Below are positions 56,490-64,000 of a stretch of 64,000 nt of DNA, in pieces. Under the pieces are notes generated by a model. That model searched no databases, was not told the DNA's origin, and saw only the letters and a list, made by a program, of their open reading frames with translations. Location of the stretch: assembly GCA_033763315.1 (NCBI GenBank), contig JANRKS010000016.1, positions 64,001-128,000 on the forward strand. Direction: 5' to 3'. Position 1 is the first letter of the stretch; every line of letters begins with the position of its first letter. This stretch comes from Deltaproteobacteria bacterium (GTDB taxonomy: Bacteria; Myxococcota_A; Polyangia; Fen-1088). A program made the position numbers and the translations under genes.

Positions 56490-58856
56490 GTGAAGCGTTC
56501 GCGAAGATACAACGCCTGTAAATTCGGAAACGAAAAGGTGGCGCGACGCTGGTGTTTAGCCATTTTGGCTTATTGCCTTTGCGGGTTGTGGGGCCCGCAC
56601 GTCTTTGCCCAGGCCGCCTCACCTGCAAGCCAGCCACGGCCGCAAACGCGCGCGCTGCGTGTGGCTGAAGGGGCCATCACCGTTGATGGCAGGCTCACGG
56701 AACCCGCGTGGGCTCTCGTGCCGGCGGCCAGTGGATTTCGCCAGCGCGAGCCCTTCGATGGGCCGCCAGCCACTGAAGACACGCAGGTGCAGGTGGCCTA
56801 CGATGACGCCAACCTTTACATCGGCATCCGCGCCCACGATCGCTTCGCCGAACACATTGTGTCGCGCATTCGCGAGCGTGATCAAGTGATGGTGGATCGG
56901 GGCGAAGCGTTTGGCTTTGCCAGCGATGATGCGGTGGCCGTGTTGCTTGATCCGTTTTTGGATGGGCGCAACGCCATGTTGTTCGCCACGAACCCCAACG
57001 GCGCTGAATTCGATGCACTGATCACAGATGAATCGGGCAGCTTCAACCAGAATTGGCGAACCGTGTTCAGCGTGGCCGCCACACGCGATGACGGCGGTTA
57101 TAGCGTTGAGTTTGCCATCCCCTTTCGATCGCTTCGCTATCCCGCCAACAGCGGGCCGCAAACGTGGGGATTCAATGTGGCGCGCGTGGTGCGGCGGCTG
57201 CATGAAGAAACGCTTTGGTCGGCGTGGTCACGCGTGGATGGGGGCCTGGCGCGTGTGAGCCGTGCCGGCACGCTGCAAGGCCTGGAAGCCCTGCCCCGCT
57301 TTCCAATCAATCTTGAAGTGAAGCCTTACGCGCTGCTGGGGCGGGACCAAGCGCGGGCCGACGCAGACGCACAGCTTGTGGGCAACACGCAAACGCAAGT
57401 GGGCCTTGATGCCAAATGGGAAGCCAAACCGGGCCTTGTGCTGGATGCCACCGTCAATCCGGATTTTTCGCAAGCCGAGCTCGATCAGCTGCGCGTGAAC
57501 TTGTCGCGCTTTGCACTGTTCTATCCCGAGAAGCGCGAGTTCTTTCTTGAAAACGCAGGCGTGTTTGATTTTGGAACGTACGGCTACTACGACGAAGCCC
57601 CGCCCTATTTGATGTTTTTTTCTCGTCGCATTGGAGCGGCCGATCCAGAAACGGGCCAGGGGCCTACGCCTGTGCGTGGGGGTTTGCGGCTTTCGGGCCG
57701 CGTGGGACAGCAAACCGTGGGCGCGATGACCATGGTTACCCAAGGCAGTGTGGCAGGGCAACCATCACAACCATTGACGAATCACGCGGTTCTGCGGTGG
57801 AAACGGGATGTGACCACGAAGCGCGGCAATGGCTATGTGGGCTTCATGCTCACGGACACGCGTGCGCCATGGGAGTCTGCTCCCAACGACGCGCAAGCTC
57901 TCTCGGCCGCTTCCACATCCTTGGGCATCGATGGTGGCGCATTCTTTGGAGATTCAACGCGCCTCTCGTCGTTTTACGCGCGCAATGTGGTGATCAACGA
58001 ACAAGGGTTGCAGGGGGCCACGCAAGCCTTGGACGCAGCCAACGATGCCTACCGCGTGGCGGTTGAACACGATGATGGACGCTGGAAACTTTTGGCTGAA
58101 GCCACAACGTTGGGCAGCCGTGTGCGTGCCGGATCCGGCTTTGTGCCGCGGCCTGATATGCGGAGGTTCGCCGCTTACGGTGGCCCCACGTTTCGCCCCC
58201 GTGTGCTTGGTTTGCGTAAGCTGACGATCGCAGCTGGCCCTTGGGTGCTTACTGGCCACGATTGGCGCAAACAAGATCTGTGGGTGGGTGGCGACTTGAC
58301 GTTGGAATGGAACTCGAACGACACCTTCACCTTGACCGGCGCTCTGGGCCACAACGTGGCCGACGCCCCTTGGCTTGTTTCAGCGCGCGTCGGCGTGCCA
58401 GCCGGCGACTATGATTACAAGCAATCGCAGGTGGTTTTTGCCTCTAACCCTAGCCGCCGGCTTTCGGTGGTGTTGTTGAACAACGTGGAATGGATGTGGG
58501 GCGGGCGCTTTTGGCAGGCAAGTGCGGGCGTTAACGTTGTGTGGGGCGGGCGCCTAAGCACCGGCGCTTCGGTCACGCGTGTTGATGTGGACGTCCCTGC
58601 AGGCAAGCTGCTTTCCTACGTCAACGAATTGCGCGTAAGCCTGCCCTTGACCACACGCTGGGTGTTTTCCTTTTATGGCCAGCACCGCCAGCTTGACGAT
58701 CGCATTGCGCTTTACGGTCGCATGGTTTACACGTGGCGACCCGGCAGCGATGTGTTTCTTGTTGTGGCTGATGAACGCGGCTTCGATGGCGTGCCTGGAC
58801 GGTTGGCACAACAGAATCTGGTGGCGAAGATAAGTTACTTGGCACGCTTGTTTTGA
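56490..58856 (+). CDS. CBM9-like/DUF5916-type outer-membrane protein
   Basis: VDG.L.E..W, EFAIPF.SLRY, TVNPDFSQ.E.D, EKR.FFLE and FFSRRIG motifs; C-terminal Phe. Confidence 0.85.
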   Translation: MKRSRRYNACKFGNEKVARRWCLAILAYCLCGLWGPHVFAQAASPASQPRPQTRALRVAEGAITVDGRLTEPAWALVPAASGFRQREPFDGPPATEDTQVQVAYDDANLYIGIRAHDRFAEHIVSRIRERDQVMVDRGEAFGFASDDAVAVLLDPFLDGRNAMLFATNPNGAEFDALITDESGSFNQNWRTVFSVAATRDDGGYSVEFAIPFRSLRYPANSGPQTWGFNVARVVRRLHEETLWSAWSRVDGGLARVSRAGTLQGLEALPRFPINLEVKPYALLGRDQARADADAQLVGNTQTQVGLDAKWEAKPGLVLDATVNPDFSQAELDQLRVNLSRFALFYPEKREFFLENAGVFDFGTYGYYDEAPPYLMFFSRRIGAADPETGQGPTPVRGGLRLSGRVGQQTVGAMTMVTQGSVAGQPSQPLTNHAVLRWKRDVTTKRGNGYVGFMLTDTRAPWESAPNDAQALSAASTSLGIDGGAFFGDSTRLSSFYARNVVINEQGLQGATQALDAANDAYRVAVEHDDGRWKLLAEATTLGSRVRAGSGFVPRPDMRRFAAYGGPTFRPRVLGLRKLTIAAGPWVLTGHDWRKQDLWVGGDLTLEWNSNDTFTLTGALGHNVADAPWLVSARVGVPAGDYDYKQSQVVFASNPSRRLSVVLLNNVEWMWGGRFWQASAGVNVVWGGRLSTGASVTRVDVDVPAGKLLSYVNELRVSLPLTTRWVFSFYGQHRQLDDRIALYGRMVYTWRPGSDVFLVVADERGFDGVPGRLAQQNLVAKISYLARLF

Positions 58857-59093
58857 TCCCGCTCATACCGCGCCTAAAACGATCGATCTTGCATCGGCGC
58901 AACTCGCTCTTCTTTCGTACACAGCATGGTGCTCACCTGGGCGACGCTTGCCCATGGGACACTGCCGTCGTTGTGGTGGGGGCCGTCGTTCGAATATCGA
59001 AAGATCAAAAAGGCGTGCGACAAGCCGGCGAGCGCGCGTCATCGGGGGAGTGGGCAGATGGTTCTGCCCGAGACTTCGATAAGGGATACTCAG

Positions 59094-61394
59094 ATGCATA
59101 AACTCGTTCGTTCTCACGGCACGAAAAAATTCTCCAGATTGGCGCTCGTTGGTTCCTGTCTTTTCGGTATGTTGGCGGTCGGATGCGGGGAGGGCGGATC
59201 GAAAGACGATTCGCTTGAAGACGTCGAAGTTTCGACGTCAGCGCTGACGACGTCGGTCGGAACGGTCGCGATCGACTACCAAATGTATCAGGGCACGCCG
59301 GTTGAGAGTATGGTTGGCTTGGACAGTATCCAACGTCCCCCATTCTACAGAATCGTGCTGGATGGCTGTGGCTCCCACATGCCAGGACGTACCATTCAGA
59401 CCTATATGTGGGAGGCCACTCCCGCTGGGATCACCGGGTTGGACTTGAACGCGAGAAATGTTGTTAACACCGAATTCGTCGCAAAGGCTCAGACCACCAC
59501 TTGCCGATCCCCGGTTTTCGGATTCACGAGCCTGAACAACGTGACCGTGAAACTCACCTTGGTGGCCACTGATGGGGTGCAACTTTCCGAAACCAAGAGG
59601 CTGTATCCCAAGGATATTCTGGTTGTGAGTATGGGGGATTCCTTTGCGTCCGGTGAAGGTAATCCCGATACTCGTGCTCCTTTTTTTGCCCTTCCTGCGA
59701 AATGGGCGAACTCTACTTGTCATCGCTCGGCCCTTTCGTCCCACGTGCTCGCTGCGCGAAAATTGGAGGACCAAGATCCGCACTCCGTCGTGACGCTCTT
59801 CTCTACCACTTGCTCTGGGGCGAGCATCACGAATGGGTTGTTGGGCTCGCAGTCAAGAGGCGCATCTGTACTGTGGCCACAGGTCGATCAGATAAGGACC
59901 GCCATGAGTAATGTGGGGCGCCAAGTCGACGTTTTACTCTTGAGCATCGGCGGAAATGATTTGGGATTCTCATCCATCATTGTGGAGTTAGCGAAGGGGA
60001 ACACACCCAACGTAACCTCCAAGCTCGCCGAGTTGCCGTCGCGCTACGATCAGCTGGCAGTAGCGCTGCGCGAGAAAATTGGTGTTACTCCGAATCGGGT
60101 TTTTGTTTCTGAATATCCCGACATGCTCCGCCGCACCGATGGTTACATCTGTAACGAAGTTGTCTTCAAGGATGGGGTGTCAGATCACGAATATGTACCG
60201 GACGTTCTCGGGATAGACGCCAGCATCCCATCTTCACGGCTACTGTGGGCTCATGAACAAGTTGTCGTGCCGCTGAACAGAACGATCAGAGACAGGAGTT
60301 CTCAACATGGATGGTCGCTGGTTGGTGGCATTGTCGAAACTATGAGCCGCAATGGTTACTGCACACCGGCAAGTACCCGCATGGTACGCACGTACGACGA
60401 ATCAAAAGCTATCCAGCATGATATATCCGGAACGTTCCATCCGAACGAAGCTGGGCATCGAGCCGCGGCGGATCTGATCTTCAACCGAGTTCAGCAGTCA
60501 CTGAGCGGCAAGGTGCCTCCAGCCGTCTCATTCCAGGCGAACACTGGCGCGCTTTGGGTTGTCGAAAACGGCCTAGGCACCGACACCCGTCTTGGAATGA
60601 TGCCGGGAACGGTACCAAGTTCGGCGACGTTGCCAAACGGTGTGGCGGTCGTCGCATTTCAGGCAAACACCAGCTCGCTCTACATCAAGAAGGGCAACGT
60701 CATCACCAACACGGGTCTTGGCATGTTGCCGGGAACCAGCCCAAGCCTTACCTTGCTCCCGAACGGGCAGGTCGCCGTCGCATTCCAGGCCAACACAAAC
60801 CAACTTTGGACGTGGACAGAAGCCGCCGGTGCACGGAACCTCGGCTATGGCATGCGACCCGGTACCAGTCCGAGCATTGCAAGCAACCTCAACGGCAACC
60901 TGTCGATCGCATTCCAGGCAAATACGGGGACGTTGTGGAAATGGACCGAGGGCCTTGGTGGGAACAACGTGGGCGCCGGCATGAAAGCCGATACCAGTCC
61001 CAGCCTCGGCATCTTGCCGGACGGTCAACTTGCCATCGCGTTTCAGGGGTTCACAGGATCTCTCGCCACCTGGATAAACGGAACGCTGACAGACATCCGT
61101 CTGGGAATGATGCCGGGCACCAGCCCCAGCCTTCGTATCCTTCCGGGCGGGCAAAACCCGATTGGTATTGCGTTTCAGGCCAACACCTCGAGTCTCTGGC
61201 TGTACAAGCCGGCGGGAAGTTCGCCGGCCAGTTCATTCAACTCGGGATTGGGCATGAACCCCAAAGCAAGTCCCGTTCTGGATGTCATGGGTGATGGTTC
61301 CACCCAGATTGCGATGCAAGCCAATACCAACAGCCTTTGGTTGGTGACAAACACGACGCCGGTCGATATGCGCTTGGGCATGGCGGCTCTCTGA
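59094..61394 (+). CDS. Lipoprotein with SGNH/GDSL hydrolase domain and seven-repeat C-terminus
   Basis: LAVGC lipobox; GDSFASGEG, SIGGND and FHPN motifs; seven AFQANT..LW repeats. Confidence 0.85.
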   Translation: MHKLVRSHGTKKFSRLALVGSCLFGMLAVGCGEGGSKDDSLEDVEVSTSALTTSVGTVAIDYQMYQGTPVESMVGLDSIQRPPFYRIVLDGCGSHMPGRTIQTYMWEATPAGITGLDLNARNVVNTEFVAKAQTTTCRSPVFGFTSLNNVTVKLTLVATDGVQLSETKRLYPKDILVVSMGDSFASGEGNPDTRAPFFALPAKWANSTCHRSALSSHVLAARKLEDQDPHSVVTLFSTTCSGASITNGLLGSQSRGASVLWPQVDQIRTAMSNVGRQVDVLLLSIGGNDLGFSSIIVELAKGNTPNVTSKLAELPSRYDQLAVALREKIGVTPNRVFVSEYPDMLRRTDGYICNEVVFKDGVSDHEYVPDVLGIDASIPSSRLLWAHEQVVVPLNRTIRDRSSQHGWSLVGGIVETMSRNGYCTPASTRMVRTYDESKAIQHDISGTFHPNEAGHRAAADLIFNRVQQSLSGKVPPAVSFQANTGALWVVENGLGTDTRLGMMPGTVPSSATLPNGVAVVAFQANTSSLYIKKGNVITNTGLGMLPGTSPSLTLLPNGQVAVAFQANTNQLWTWTEAAGARNLGYGMRPGTSPSIASNLNGNLSIAFQANTGTLWKWTEGLGGNNVGAGMKADTSPSLGILPDGQLAIAFQGFTGSLATWINGTLTDIRLGMMPGTSPSLRILPGGQNPIGIAFQANTSSLWLYKPAGSSPASSFNSGLGMNPKASPVLDVMGDGSTQIAMQANTNSLWLVTNTTPVDMRLGMAAL

Positions 61395-61700
61395 TAGTCA
61401 AGAGGATGGTCGCAAACGATGGCCCTGGACAGTCCTCGTCCAGGGCCATTTTTCGCCGTGGTGTCCAGTTGCGCGGAACCAGTAAAATTCTACACATGCA
61501 GACGAGCCACCGCCCCGATGCGGGAATTGATCTCGGGGCCGTTGAGCCAAGATAACGCAGTGCACGTCGGGCGTTCCTCGGTGTTCGCTAAAGGTCGGAG
61601 GAGGGCGACGCATCGTATTGAAGCTAGACTCGCATAGCATTCGGTCGTTCGGACGATGGCGACTTGCATCTGCCGCGGCGATGACCTTGTATGTCCCTGC

Positions 61701-64000
61701 GTGTCCTTGGTTGTCAAAGCTGGCGTTCAAATTGCCTCCTACACCGTCATTCGTCGGTTGGGGTCTGGGGGGATGGGTGAGGTATTTCTTGCGCGCCACC
61801 GCGTGTTAGGGCGCATGACCGCCATCAAGGTGCTGCGTGAGACTGTTCATCAGTCCGCAGATGCGATCCCGCGCTTCTTGGCGGAGGCAAGGGCGGCGGC
61901 CCGAATTCTCCATCCCGGCATTGTCGAGATCCTCGACTGCGACGTACTCGACAACGCAAGGGCGTTTCTTGTTATGGAGTATCTTCGTGGCGAGAGCATG
62001 CGGGCGTTCATGGATCGCCAGATGCCAGCTCGCCGCGACGTCCGCTTCATCGCCGCCACAATTGGCCTTGTGGCCGATGCGTTGCGCGCGGCGCATGAGC
62101 GTAAAATCATTCACCGCGATCTTAAACCGGACAACATATTCTTTTCCCTTCCTTCGCCCGACGCAGAGAAGATTCAGGTCAAGGTCCTGGACTTCGGGGT
62201 TGCAAAACTACTCGACAGCGAAGGCCCAGGCTCGCAAACCCAAACGGGCGCGTTGTTGGGAACCCCCATGTACATGTCACCCGAACAATGCCGTGGAGCA
62301 CGCGACCTTGACGAACGCTCTGACATCTACTCATTGGGTTGCGTGGCATACGAGCTGGTGGCGGGGCACGTACCGTTTTCAGCCGACTCAGTCGTCATGA
62401 TGTTGATGGCGCACAACGCGAATGCTTTGCCCTCCTTGGCAAAAGCAGCACCTGCCACACCTACGCAGTTGGTGAACTTGATCGAATCCATGCTGGCAAA
62501 GAATCCGGATGACCGCCCGCAATCGATGGATGCTGTTGTGCATGCAATCGCCGAGTTTCTCGGCTGCGATGCCACGGAGCTTTCGCAGCGTTTGGTCGTT
62601 CCCGACGGATTTCCAGTCACCTCGTTCGAACCAGCGATAGAACCTCCAGGCTCTGAGGATCCGACGGCGCACGGGAGCTTGCAGCCCATGGCTACGGACG
62701 CTCAACGAAGCCCACGGACATTCTGGGGCCGGGGAGGCAAGCGATGGGCTGCAACCACTGCACTTTTTCTTGCGGCCATAGTGACGCTTGTCGGCGTTAC
62801 GCTGTGGCTCGCGCGCCGCCCGGGCAACAACGACTCGGCTTCCAAAACTTACAAATCGATTGCCGTTTTACCGTTTGACGCAGGCGGGGAAGACAAAAGC
62901 GCCCAGTATCTGGGTGACGGCATCAGTGAAGAGCTCATCAGCTTACTTACACAGATTCCGCAGTTGCGCGTTGTTGCCCGGGCAACGTCGTTTCGCTTTC
63001 GCGGCCGCGAACTTAATCTAAAGGAGGTTGGTGAGCGGTTGAACGCCGAGGTGCTTCTCGAAGGCAGCGTAGCGCGACACGAAGGTAAGTTGAAAGTGAA
63101 CGTTAGCGCCGTGGAGGCAGCCACTGGATTTAACATTTGGTCGCGAACCTTCGAAAAGCCTTTAGGGGACATCTTCGCGTTACAACGTGCGATTGCCGAA
63201 GATGTGGCGCAGCAAACTGGGGCTGGGCAACACGCTGCGCTTACAACGAATTACGAAACGCGAAACACTCAAAGCTACGATGCGTTTTTGAAGGGGCGCT
63301 TTCATTTCTACCGCCGCACTGGCGCCGACTTGGCTCTCGCTGTCGACTACTTTAAGCAAGCGTCGCAGGATGATTCCACCGCGGCCGAGCCATTGGCTTG
63401 GCTTTCTCAAAGCTACTCTCTGCTGTCGTACTATTCTTCCCTTACGCCCAAGGAAGCGTTCGAGCTTGCGCTAGATGCGGCTGATAGAGCGCTGCGCCTC
63501 AATCCGGAATCCCCCAGTGCAATCGCAGCGAAAGCCTTTGCCATCTACTTTTACCTTTGGGATTTTCCACGTGCCGACGCCATGTTTCGCAAAGCGAAGG
63601 CCCTCGATCCCTTAAATCCACAAATTCACCATTGGCATGCCCTTGTGCAGTTCGCGCTAGGCGACGGGAAAGCGTACGTTGATTCGATCGCTCGGGCCAG
63701 GGATCTGGATCCAATGTCGAGCATCTACAACACCGATGTTGGTGAATCCTTGTTGCTCAACGCTCGCAGTAAGGAAGGCCTCCGAACGATCGAGATGGTG
63801 GTCGAAATGGACCCAGGTTTCGCTCGAGGACATTTTGTCCTAGGCCTGTATCGCCTTGAGAGAAAAATGGTTGATAAAGCGCTGTCTGAGTTCCGCCGCG
63901 CACTGGAACTAACCCAGGGCAAGAACACGTATTACCGAGCCATGGTGGGGTACACGTTGGCCGTGGCCAATCAAACCACTGAGGCCCGCGAGATCCTCGC
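61701..64000 (+). CDS. Ser/Thr kinase with TM, TolB-N-like and TPR domains; runs off the window (absent from ORF track)
   Basis: Hand translation: LGSGGMGEVF, AIKVL, HRDLKPDN, DFG, GTPMYMSPEQ, SIAVLPF, LRVVARATSF. Start is GTG 61701 or ATG 61656. Confidence 0.88.
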   Translation, partial: MSLVVKAGVQIASYTVIRRLGSGGMGEVFLARHRVLGRMTAIKVLRETVHQSADAIPRFLAEARAAARILHPGIVEILDCDVLDNARAFLVMEYLRGESMRAFMDRQMPARRDVRFIAATIGLVADALRAAHERKIIHRDLKPDNIFFSLPSPDAEKIQVKVLDFGVAKLLDSEGPGSQTQTGALLGTPMYMSPEQCRGARDLDERSDIYSLGCVAYELVAGHVPFSADSVVMMLMAHNANALPSLAKAAPATPTQLVNLIESMLAKNPDDRPQSMDAVVHAIAEFLGCDATELSQRLVVPDGFPVTSFEPAIEPPGSEDPTAHGSLQPMATDAQRSPRTFWGRGGKRWAATTALFLAAIVTLVGVTLWLARRPGNNDSASKTYKSIAVLPFDAGGEDKSAQYLGDGISEELISLLTQIPQLRVVARATSFRFRGRELNLKEVGERLNAEVLLEGSVARHEGKLKVNVSAVEAATGFNIWSRTFEKPLGDIFALQRAIAEDVAQQTGAGQHAALTTNYETRNTQSYDAFLKGRFHFYRRTGADLALAVDYFKQASQDDSTAAEPLAWLSQSYSLLSYYSSLTPKEAFELALDAADRALRLNPESPSAIAAKAFAIYFYLWDFPRADAMFRKAKALDPLNPQIHHWHALVQFALGDGKAYVDSIARARDLDPMSSIYNTDVGESLLLNARSKEGLRTIEMVVEMDPGFARGHFVLGLYRLERKMVDKALSEFRRALELTQGKNTYYRAMVGYTLAVANQTTEAREIL

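Overview
GC-rich bacterial window; gene content and Ser/Thr kinases suggest Myxococcota (inference). 1-32,970 is housekeeping backbone: dprA, LysM, cpoB, hemC-hemA-ccsA, trxA, Ser/Thr kinase, DksA-family, clpX, pdxA, glmS, modABC, argS, Hsp70/YegD, ilvB-ilvH and uvrA. Directly after uvrA, ~33.3-49.5 kb is an integron-type cassette array with ~15 related 123-136 bp attC sites and no integrase gene in the window (CALIN-like). It holds two homologous gene-less cassettes, two Abi-alpha-like paralogues, a HEPN-motif protein, a BrnT/BrnA TA pair, an orphaned antitoxin, a methyltransferase, a GNAT and a hydrolase, and is followed by an arr rifamycin ADP-ribosyltransferase. One cassette is split by an IS3 element, whose transposase is split by an RmInt1-like group II intron. 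The most unusual observation is that 12 attC sites carry a conserved, non-palindromic TAGACA-N17/18-(GACAAT/CACCAT) motif in their central loop. It looks like a sigma70 promoter aimed at the next cassette, so the recombination sites may double as promoters. The array erodes toward its distal end. 50-64 kb contains accessory genes: EEP nuclease, SdpI, YCII, LysR/pirin, DUF5916-like, SGNH-propeller protein and a truncated kinase-TPR gene.
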